A DNA stretch of 64,000 bases, from contig JAPEUI010000080.1 in assembly GCA_026025075.1 (NCBI GenBank), positions 1 through 64,000 of the forward strand, in the 5' to 3' direction. The notes under the pieces are model-generated. The model ran no database searches, had not been told where the DNA came from, and was given only the letters and a program-made list of their open reading frames with translations. A program made the position numbers and the translations under genes. The stretch is from Vezdaea acicularis. Lineage: Eukaryota. Of this stretch, positions 25,901-36,266 are shown piece by piece. Positions within the stretch are counted from its first letter, which is position 1, and every line of letters starts with the position of its first letter.

Positions 25901-26110
25901 TTACCTTGTCTCACACACGCTGTAATTTAGCCTCATTTTAGCTATTGGCAACCAATTTTTCTAAGGTCATCTGATACATTTGATGATCTGCCTGAATATG
26001 ATCAAGGATACCGTACACAGTGAATTCCATCAATTTCCCCTTACGATTTGATTTTTCTTTACATGTATGTGCTCTATGACCCCAGTCTATTTCCACACAA
26101 CATTTTTGGA

Positions 26111-26829
26111 ATGTTCTGCCTTGCCCATACGCGCTTGTTCCAAGTGTCCTTCCGCATACCGGTTGCTAGCCGTCGACTTCCGCTTGCTGCGTCAACAAAA
26201 TCTTATAAGCCCGGCGACCTTGTATCTCACCCTTCAACCAGGTTTAGATCTGTGACTATGGCGTCTGATCTTGTAAAGCATGAGTGGATTGTCATTCTTC
26301 CGGATCACGAGGGTGCTCTTGAAAAGAGAATGGCGGTCAGGCCGTAAGTTCTTAGTCGGATTCTCTGTGCTGCTAATGACACCGACCGTTGAAGAGCTCA
26401 TCTTGACGATATAAGTTCCAAGCGGGGTAATTTTTGGAAGCTTGGAGGTAAGCCGATCCATTGGAGATTTCTCGACTTCCACGGCAGTAGGCAAATACCA
26501 GTATATTAGGCACATATCTGGATGAGGTCCCGAAAGAAGGGGAGGCCTTGAAGTTCAGGGGCAGCATCTTGCTAGCTCTAGCCGAGTCAAAGGAGGAGGT
26601 GGTGGACGCATTGAAGTCGGATGTCTACTTCAAGACTAATGTATGGGATTGGGAAAAGGTGATTTACACTCAGTCTAAGGCCGTCCCTGGTCAACAGCGT
26701 CACGAGCTCACTACTCTAACCTATAGGTCCAAATTCATCCTGTACGAGCCCTCAACCCCTTGGAGTTCACCTCCGGAATACTAATCAGACTCTGTTCAGT
26801 TCCGTTCGGCGTTCCGCTATGGAATGTAG
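26111..26829 (+). CDS. YCII-related dimeric alpha-beta barrel protein
   Basis: EWIVILPD...EKRMAVRPAHL, GSILLALAESKEEV, DVYFKTNVWDWEKVQIHPF. Four introns and a 15-nt microexon at 26727-26741. Core start ATG 26258; in-frame upstream ATG 26111. Confidence 0.85.
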
Positions 26830-26872
26830 ATCAAGTGCACCGCCTTTAGCTAAAGAGAAAACCAATCTCGGT

Positions 26873-27151
26873 TCGAAGCGGTGGACAAAATTTGATGGCG
26901 CATAAGCGAACAGTGGGCATGTCTACCCATCAGTATAGGTTACTTTCAGCAGTTCCGAGATCGTCTCAATTGATGATAACTATTCCTAATATCAGCTCGA
27001 TAGTACTACACCTTTGCTCTCGTTGGACTATCATTCTGCCGGCTATGCCTACGGCCTGGTAGGGCTGATTTGTGCCTTCGACTATAGAGCATTTAGCTAT
27101 GGGGGAAACCCCCATTTAACGCCATCAATGTTGTCCACCACTTCGATTGTA
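26873..27151. mobile_element. MITE-like non-autonomous TIR element, copy B
   Basis: TIRs tcgaagcggtggacaaaatttgatggcg ... cgccatcaatgttgtccaccacttcga; homologous to copy A. Confidence 0.75.
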
Positions 27152-27431
27152 GGCAAGTAAATGTTGGTTAGTCATTTTTTACATATTATTTAGGCTTCAC
27201 TTCGGGCTTTTCAGACCTAAATAGTGCTCGCTACCGTGATATTTGGGAACGGGATAGCCTTCCATTTCAATACTAGAAATTTAATCAGCCCAGTCGTGAC
27301 ACTGAAGTTGCTCTAGGATTCGCTGTGCTCAAAAGCCACGCAAAAGTAAGGACTAGAGCCTAGTATTATTACATATGATTAATACCTGTGGATGTTGCCC
27401 CTAGCCCGTATTAGACAAGGCCCGCCTTCAT

Positions 27432-29190
27432 TCACGTTCCTGGCTCTTCAGCCGCTACGGCCAACTCATGGCGAAGCTCAAAGCACTCCTCTAGCAAACC
27501 CGTAACACTTCCTTGGCCCTCCGGGAGTTCGGAGCCAACCTTGAATTTGCCGTCGACACGCATGTCATCAATTGATGTAAGCTACAGCAATTAGCCCTTG
27601 CACAAGCCCCCCATGGCCTACATTGGCCTTACCTTCATGCTGTAAGGGTAAAGTTCTCGTGGTGAAGAGACACCACCCGAATTCTTGACTTCCAGTAAAC
27701 ATCGTTTTAGAGTCTGTAATTGATTATAAATGGGTAAAAGAGCTTCAGAGACAGGCTCTGAAGAAATGATCAGCTCGTAAATATACGCATAACTTCTTCG
27801 AATCAGATAAAGGAGTGTCTGACGATTCGTAAGTCCCCCTATCATAGTATCTGAGGGTTACTTACCCGTTGAGCAAACAGATCTGCAGGGTTGCCTTCAT
27901 CATCTACGAAGTTTCCGTTGACCCGGGTTTCGTCGATTCTATCAAGCTCCCGTTGATAGCCAAAGAGATCCGTCTCCCGTAAAGACCAAGCATGAGTTAA
28001 GGAAAGCTTTTCAAGCTTATTCCTAATGTCGCAAAGCTTATCATATTTGGGCTTAAAGGCCTCATCCACCCGTCCTTGCCTTTGGTGTGAATCAGTAAGT
28101 AGAACAGACCTATCATCAGAATCAAGGGAGCTTACCTTGTCAGTACTATGTGTGACCACCCAATACAGCGGTGAAGCATTTCCTGGACTAGCTCCTGACC
28201 AGCCATCACTGATCCGTCCGCATTGACGAAGTTGCCGTCAACCATTGTCTTTTCGATGTCCTTCAATTGACCTTGAAGTTTTTGCACCTCAGCAACAGCA
28301 AACTATAGACAACGGCGTAAGCATGAATATTGCGAACCAAATTAGACTTTACAAGCGCGCCACCGAGCATATGTAGCGTCCACTCAAGATTCGATTTGGG
28401 ACCCACATACCTTCTGTCTAGTACTTGCAGCTGCCATGGACCGAAGGATTGAGATCTGCTTCTCCCATATTGGAGAGATTTCCGGCGATAATTGTGATAG
28501 TCGACGTCGTAGGTGTAAGAGTTTCTTCTCACAGCTATCAAGTCTTGCGGTGAGCAGAGTGACGAGATGCGGAGAGTAAGCTTCCTTTCCCTGCTCGACG
28601 ATCTTTCGCATCCGGCTGAGTGTATCTCCTAGAGACTTTAGGTCTTTTTCCGAGTAGAAGGCAGCTTCCTGAAGATGTTCTACTAGTCGCTATAGACGGT
28701 ATGCCAATTCAACAGTTGCCTCGTATGCTACAGAATTGAGGATGGATGCGAACCTTAACCGTTGATGTAGTCGCATATCTAGATTGATCTCGTAAGCATT
28801 CTCGCATAGTTGTGAAGTAAGAAAGTGCTGACACTGCAGGTGCTTCATTATTCCGCCCTATCGTCATGAAGAACAGTGAAATGAGTTGAAAACAGTCATC
28901 AAGGACCTTGTCAACTGTGATTAAATGACGAGTCAGTAAGCTTGCGCACAAGTGAAGATCAGCCTCCGCATACCTCTATTCTGCTCGCTTCGTTTCTCGG
29001 CTCGGATGTCGTTCAGTAGGTGGACTTGTTCGATAAGCTGTTCGTATAATGTAATGACGTCGTGCGATCTGACATAGGTAGTCTTATCTTGCTTAAGAAG
29101 TGATAAGTTGTCCCTGATCTTGAGAATATGGTCTAGGATCGGCTGTTCTCTAGGATCTAGAAGGGCTTGTGTCGCTGGTAGATCTGCCAT
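27432..29190 (-). CDS. CUB1: DUF2408/UPF0662 family protein (yeast Ypl260w/Cub1-like)
   Basis: LSLLKQDKTTYVRS, VDKVLDDCFQLISLFFMTIGRNNEAPA, HAWSLRETDL and PRELYPYSMK; multi-exon, stop at 27432. Confidence 0.8.
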
Positions 29191-29696
29191 GCTGTTCGCT
29201 GTGTCGATGGCAATATAAGGGTTGAGGACAGATCAAAGCATGTGATCTGTACAGCTATTACTCTGGTCTGTTTCTTCGAAGTCTAAAATCTGTGGCATAA
29301 ATTTAGAACAGTGTCGATGGTCTACTCTGATTGTTTTGAGTTGCTGTGTGAAGCGGGTATTTCGGTACCTGGAAATCGCGGGGTCGATTGGCCGCAACTG
29401 AAGTGAACGATCGCACTAACCATCTAGGGACTAGTAGAATGCAGCCCCACTAGGACTACGACTGCTCAGGGCTTTAGACCCGACCACAGATATTCGCTTC
29501 GGTTCAGACTTTTTTTGCGTAAGTTAGAGAGTTCCAAAAGACGACAAGATACCCACAAATCGTCACGCATCACGTTGATTCAATTACTTTGGATCTTAAT
29601 TCATCCTGTTAAGTGTGTTTCCTCTGACTCACAGGTCATAGTTCATTCAGGACCTCGGGATTCGAGCTCGTGCTAATACGCAGAAGTTTCGGCATC

Positions 29697-30214
29697 ATGT
29701 CTACCTCTGAACTCGCAACATCCTACGCCGCACTCATACTCGCGGACGACGGCGTTGATATCACAGTAAGATAAAATTTCAAAATTTCAGGTCTTTTACA
29801 ATCTCATTTGGGATAACTAAGACCACTACCAGGCGGACAAGCTCCAGACACTCATTAAGGCCGCAAAGGTCGAAGATGTAGAACCAATATGGACATCTCT
29901 ATTTGCGAAAGTACGCTAAAATATTCGCATATGGTTACGCTTAAGACTAAAAGTATGGCTATAGGCGCTTGAAGGCAAAGATGTGAAGGACTTGCTTCTG
30001 AACGTCGGATCTGGGGGAGGGGCTGCTGCAGCACCTTCAGGCGGCGCTGCAGCTGCGGCAGGAGGTGACGCGCCAGCGGAAGACAAGAAGGAAGAAAAAG
30101 AAGAGGGTAATTCTTTGCAATGCCTGAGTATGACGTTCAAAGTTGCTGGACTGACATGTTGCTATAGAGAAGGAAGAGTCAGACGAGGACATGGGTTTCG
30201 GACTTTTCGATTAA
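29697..30214 (+). CDS. RPP1: 60S acidic ribosomal protein P1
   Basis: [34 protein letters not shown]...[13 protein letters not shown]. Three coding introns and a probable 5'UTR intron at ~29613-29683. Confidence 0.96.
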
Positions 30215-30853
30215 AATCCCCAACTCCTATAGACCTGGATCCTACGGGCTTGCTATTGAAATCAAATAAAGCTTTCATATCGGGCATCCGAAAAGGCTCC
30301 TTGACCAGGAGTGCTCACTATTCAACGAGATACCTGACTCCATTCCAGCAATGGCCTTGTGACTGCCCTGTCCCTGAGCCCAACAGCTGAGACCATTTCC
30401 AGATATCTTTGGAATGATAGAGAACAAGTGCTCCTATACTCACGAGCCACGGGCTATTAAATGGACTGAGACTATCATGGCATATGGAGCGCTATGCTTC
30501 ACGCTAAGGATTACAAAATGTAAAGTAAATGGTCGAGAAACGGATTAAAGTTCCTAAGTCTTATATTGATCGTCTGACGTTGTGATGATTTCAACACCAC
30601 ATGCTTGTATTTCGTCCCAAAACACTTGCTCTCGTTATGCGATTTATTTTATCTCCTCATATGTGGAAGACCCGTAGTAGAGCATACGATTCCTTGTGTG
30701 GTAAGACCCTAACTTAAAGCGAATGAAGGAACCTTATGCCACGCTAGGCATGAGACCACTTCTCCTCCCTTTGGCCTTCTCGAGGCTCGAGGGCATTGCG
30801 TGTGAAACCTGTAGGGCATACTCTGTTCCCAGAGTAGGAGCATCAACTAAGCT

Positions 30854-31617
30854 TCATGAATCATTCGTCTCTAGGACGGCATCAGTAACCCCTTGGCTTA
30901 CAGATGCCGATATCTGACTCTCCCGGAGATCCTGTATTTTCTTTAACACGGGGGGTTCAAATTCGTAGCCCATATCCTGCATTCTTTTTGTATTTTTCGC
31001 CCTAGCTGTCCTTTCTCGCCTCACCACCTTACTCCACTGCACATGATCTTTACCTGAGGCTAACTTTCGACCCTCAAGTTTGCTCCATGGCACAGGTTTA
31101 AAGCGCCTGTTTGCCCCTTTAAAGGTGTCGGGATGTAGTTGGTCTTCAGGTATAAGAGTACATTTGAGGATGTGCCCGAACATCAAGTAGTTGTTGGTTG
31201 CTTGAGCTACAATCGAGGCCACTTCCTCACTTGCGAACTCGATAAATGCGTAATGCTTGCTAGCTCCTGTGCTCTTGTTTCGAGAGAGACGAAGGTTGGT
31301 GATTGTGCCAAATTGAGAGAAGTAGCCACGCATCTCATGTTCGAAGAATCCGTGGGGTATACGACTATGAGATATAGATTAGCATTTCTAAGTAGTGTGA
31401 TCAAGGAGAAATCCTACCTGACTAAGATGACGGCAGCTTTATGCTTATTCGTATTTGCGACATTCTTGGCCTTCTTTAAGGCCAATTCGGGAGGTTCAGG
31501 CATATGAATAGGATGATCACCGTCCTCGTCCTTTATCGCGCCCTCTTCGTCGCTAGGATCGAAATTCTGCAAGGGCAACACACTCTGATCTTCTGCACTA
31601 CTTGTTCCAGAAGTCAT
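30854..31617 (-). CDS. NOP15: Nucleolar RRM ribosome-biogenesis protein Nop15/NIFK
   Basis: RIPHGFFEHEMRGYFSQFG...RLSRNKSTGASKHYAFIEF...NYLMFGHILKC; one intron; start codon uncertain. Confidence 0.9.
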
Positions 31618-31702
31618 AGTCACTCCAGGCCTATTATAATTTATGTCAACTTTAAGGTTTGGTGCGAACAAATGTGTTGGAAGCTGTTGCGTGGAGAATC
31701 TC

Positions 31703-31711
31703 AAAATTTCA
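31703..31711 (-). promoter_or_regulatory. RRPE-like element (TGAAATTTT) upstream of NOP15
   Basis: Matches the ribosome-biogenesis RRPE consensus ~90 bp upstream of a Ribi gene; the motif is short. Confidence 0.35.
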
Positions 31712-31856
31712 AGCTGGCAGAAGTTCTAGCGCGGGACGGGTCCCCATTGGCGGGGCGTTATTGGACTTCCCCGGGAGCTCTTGAGCCATGCAACATTGCG
31801 CATGGAACTTGACCTGCATTCATGAATCCTTTGCTTTAAATTGGGCACCACCTATC

Positions 31857-32539
31857 ATGACCCCCGCAAACAAGTCAAAGGCTCTGACGCAAGAGGAGGT
31901 TTGGGACGATTCAGCCTTGATACGGTCCTGGGACGAAGCCCTCGAAGAATACAAAGTAATGGTTCGATTTGAATTCGAGACTAAGTCTGAGCTGACCTTG
32001 TAGCAATACCACAGTCTCCAAGCACGCGAAGAAAACATAGAAGACATATTACGAGAAGCAAATGTAGGCAGAGAAGAACTGTGAGCGGTCCCAAAATACT
32101 CGAATTTGCAACCACTAAGATCAGGACTAGAAACCGCGAGAATGGCGACCATAAGCACAAAGATGATGGAGCATCCAAGGGTTCGAGTGCTATATTGGAC
32201 GAAAAAGGGGAAGACGGAGAACCTGATGGTAGTAATTACAATCCTCAAGAAGAGGACTTGGATTTGCAACCTGAACCTGCACGGGGTATATTCGAGGCGG
32301 CTCTCGATCATCCGCTTTTCACTGCCGGAGAAAACTCAGCAGAGACGGGAGTGCTACCTCCTCAACTACAGCAAGCCAGGACGACGGAGGTACCTGGAGG
32401 ACAGTTAGTAATCGGTGACAATGCTCTCAAGAGTTTAATGATGTCATGGTATTATGCTGGATACTACACAGGGCTCTACGAGGGCCGGCAATCATCAAAA
32501 CAGGGAGTCGACAAAGCTGGACATGTCAACCGTAATTAG
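31857..32539 (+). CDS. SMN1: Survival motor neuron (SMN)-like protein, Tudor-less fungal type
   Basis: N-terminal Gemin2-binding EVWDDSALIRSWDEALEEY and C-terminal YG box LMMSWYYAGYYTGLYEG; two introns, the second at 32081-32124. Confidence 0.9.
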
Positions 32540-32993
32540 TGAAGAAGTCGGCGTATGAGCATATCAATGTAACCTGCTGTAGATGAAGGGCATCGGCCTT
32601 ACGATCGACGTATCGAATGGTCGATTGGCGCAATATCTTCCCACACCCGGAGAAAAACCATTCAGGTCTCGGGCTGTGCATTTCAGATGCATGCCAAAAT
32701 AGGTGAGCACTACTAGACGCTTCCCCAAAAATGGCCAGTAAGCTTGGATTAATTTGAAGCGCACTTGATTGCAGAGAGAGGCCCTTCGCTAGATATTGAT
32801 GAAGTAGTTTGCTTGGGGAGCATATAATATCATGAGATACTTGTCACATCAAGGGTCCATATTGCTATGTCAATGTTGGCCAGCTCTGAGCGCCGAAAAC
32901 GCCCACGACTCAACATAATCTCATTTCCATCGTAAGCTCCCAGCACTTTTGAAGAGGGATAAACCCAAGCTTGTGTGCTCATACCCCAATACT

Positions 32994-33361
32994 CTATTTT
33001 TTGGAAGCTTTGCCCGAATCAGCCGCAATTTTTTTCGCCTCCGCTATCGTTTCAATCAGAATAAAATGGCTTGTGATAGGGTTGTATCAGCTAATTAGCC
33101 CTACCTTCGGCTTGTTTTTGACGCATGATCGCAGCCTGTTGCTCCTTGGTGCGTTGGAATTCGGTACCGGTTTGCTACATGACGATAAGGATCAAGGCTT
33201 TGTGGAGGAAGGCCAGTGCTACTATACAGTATTCTTCTTCTTCTGAGAGTATCCAGTAAATTAGGGTTACATGGCTCATTCCACATATTGGATCTCACCT
33301 TATCAGCTTGCTCTTTTAGGTTCTTCTCACGAGCTTTGTCACGTTGGTTGCCACGAGCCAT
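32994..33361 (-). CDS. SERF: Small EDRK-rich factor (SERF/4F5 family)
   Basis: Hallmark MARGNQRDKAREKNLK start; spliced product ...KKKNT/LTGTEFQRTKEQQAAIMRQKQAE/AEAKK...SKK*. Confidence 0.92.
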
Positions 33362-34541
33362 AGTAATTAGTTGAGGTGTCCGCAATCCACTTTAGCAGTA
33401 TACGAGAGAAGCAGCCTACGATGGCGTAAAGGTATTCCAGAAACGTTTGATCAGGTGGTGGTGAATATGAGATTTTCTAGGACAAAGCATGAGTTGAATT
33501 TCGTGCCTGTCGCTTCGTGGTCGCGATCATGTGCCCTTCCACCTTGCTATAGTAGTCAGAGCATAAGAATGGAACGTGAATTAATTCAGCTCTGTACAAT
33601 TGATTCCATACAGACTCTGACAACATGCTCTTGCCCCAAGAACAGACATCCTAAATCGCAGGCTTACCCTTCGTATAATCCTTTTCACGGCTTTGGACGA
33701 CCCTAACTCGCCAGCGTCTCAAAGGAACGTGAAACGCTCCGCAGTCTTCTCGCCAAAGCCGGGGTAACGAACGGTCGCCATTCGTTTCGAATTCTAGGAG
33801 TAGCTAGGCAGAGACGCCAACGCGAGGGAGGACCGAGTAAATGCCAGAGAGTGCGCGTTTCAAAGTATCGCGAGTCGTCGAGTGCCCATGCGCTAGCGCT
33901 TTGTGACGTGAAGCGCGTCCATTTGTCAAGCCAGATCCAATGAATCCAAGGTCTTCAAGGCCTTCCTTGACATGATCAGCGCTACTCATGGCGGGCGCGC
34001 ATCCAGCCTATGCTCGGGCGGAAGCTCTGGGCCACCTTTCCTACCCATTGAACTAAGGAACCCATCTCTCCGCGTTTCAAGTGAAGCATCTGCGCTTACA
34101 TGACGCTGTAACGGCCTTGAGCATGAGGGCGCGCGCTCGCGACCGTGACAATAGCCATTGTTCCCTCAATAGCTCAGGCAGCTTCAGACCCTTTTCATTG
34201 TCCTCTTACATGACGTTCTGTCACCTATTCCTATTGTGACTCTTCACAAAAGTGAAGCCATTCTTGCGGGCTTGCTTCTCATCGTCTTGCTATGTTCTTC
34301 TTTCCTTCTCTTTCAACCCTCACGACAAAGATCTCTTGACTGATATCCTTCATTTACTTCACCTACACGACTCTGGCAGTTGACTTCTACGTCCCACCTG
34401 CTGGTCAGATCGCAGTGAATCTTCTTACATTCCCAGCTATAATTCATCCACGTAAGTACTTGTGCTTCACCTGAGTCTTCCGTTTATTCATAACTTTGTG
34501 TAGAACATCTGTAGCCAAACCGCTTCTACGATCACTTCAAG

Positions 34542-35429
34542 ATGCCTTTTTTCAAAAAGCCCCTGGCAGGACCAGGATACATTATTCTCAATATAATCCG
34601 CGTCCTCAACATCATTGCGCTCCTATCTGTCATCGTAGCCAGCTGGGTTATGTTGGTCAAGACTTTCAGGGTCTCACAAGTAAGTCTCCTCAACCTTTGC
34701 AACACCTCAAGGCGCCTGCTCACTTTAGATCAGTTCTATTTCTTTGACGCTGTTAGCCACGTTACAACCTTCACGATTAGTCTCTTCTTGATTATCTCCG
34801 AGCTACCGATATGCAAGGATTATTTCGCTCGGAATTGGCCGCTTCTGAGCCCTCAGTCTGGTTTCGTGGCACTCGGTGTCGCTATGATCACTGTTGGCTG
34901 TTCGATCCTTGGAAATTTGAATAAGGAGGCCACGCGCCCTGACAAGCTTGGGCCGCCGTTCTGGCGGATCGTTATAGCGGCCGGCATCGTCGTGACTGTC
35001 CTAGGATTCGTCAACATTGTTGCGGTAGGTCATTGCTCGTCAATTCTCCCGTAAGACTGCTTGCTAAGCTTCGTCTAGTCGTACGTTTTCCGTGATAAGG
35101 ATCTTGGTATCACTGCTCGTCATGTTAGACAGCACGGCGCCACAGCGCCTCAAAAGGACCTTTCATCATCGCCGTCGACCGCATCAAATAGAAGCCGGAA
35201 GTCATTCCGCATGATGGCCGGCCGCTCTACTCCTCTACCTTCGTATCATCCTTCCACATCTCGGTTCTCAAGGGCAGAACGAAACCCGAAGTTACCATTA
35301 ACGATATCTCGACCAATGATAAACGAGGAGCAATTCCGGAAGATCACAAGGAGCGCTACACCTATTGAGAGACCGGATGATGCCTACCATCCTGGATTCC
35401 AGCAAGATGGGTACTCCAACAAGGTCTGA
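34542..35429 (+). CDS. Fungal multi-pass (about four TM) membrane protein of unknown function
   Basis: Four hydrophobic segments, a polar C-tail, two coding introns and a 5'UTR intron at ~34452-34503. Confidence 0.75.
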
Positions 35430-36266
35430 TCTGGGTTTGGAAATTAGTTTAGAAGCTGATTTTCGATGGCTACTTTTCCACGGAGGCGTTTGCATGGTAG
35501 GGGCGTTCCGGGAATACCCCTTTACACTCTTTACTCAGAACTGAGTTGAGCTTCCTAATGTACACATCATGGATGCTACAGTAGTCATTCCCTTCAAATG
35601 ATAATCCATTTTCTGACATCCTACCTCATCCAACCATTTGAACTTCCAATAGACCTGGTGCTAACAATGATGGAGGAGACCAAAGTGTTCCAATAAACTT
35701 TGAAGACTATGAGCTGCATGTATCTCATCAAATAGACGCGGAAGTTATCAGAGCGCATGCTACGAGACCGCAACACGAAGTGAGACCGCACTTGGCAGTG
35801 CGTTTTAATTTCATCTTGGCGCAAATTTTTGACATCGAAGACCATTGAAGTAACTGGTCAACAAAGCTTCGAAAGTGCCTCATGCCCCCCTTCGCCCCCG
35901 AGCTAGCGCAGCTTGACCCTCACCCAAAAACTCAAAATTCGTTCAGTCTATAATGGATCTTACATCTTCGTAGGATGAGTTAGGGATGCCGCTAAAACAT
36001 TACGATTCCATCAGAATCTTCTATCCGGACGTTGGTTAGTTCGGTGCAGAGGCCTGCTGGCAGCAATAGCAGACATTGACTCAAATTATGGCCAGGCATA
36101 GGATGTGATTGCTTCCATAAGACTACCACGTACTTGAGATAAGAAACCAGATCACCGCTGACCAAATGGAAGGAAAACCCGGGGGATCTTATACGAGAAA
36201 TCTACCTTGCGCCTAGCTGTGTGGGAAACTTGAGCATAGTCACCGAACAAGAGATATGTACATTAG

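Noticed and set aside
29519..29686. Possible twin/recursive intron in the RPP1 5'UTR
   Set aside because: A single GTGTGT...CTAAT...CAG intron explains it, and the alternative needs a poor GTCATA donor.
30575..30700. GTGATGA C-box suggesting a snoRNA
   Set aside because: No downstream CTGA D box or terminal stem.
33256..33272. TAACCCTAA telomerase-template-like motif
   Set aside because: It lies inside a SERF intron and overlaps the branch point.
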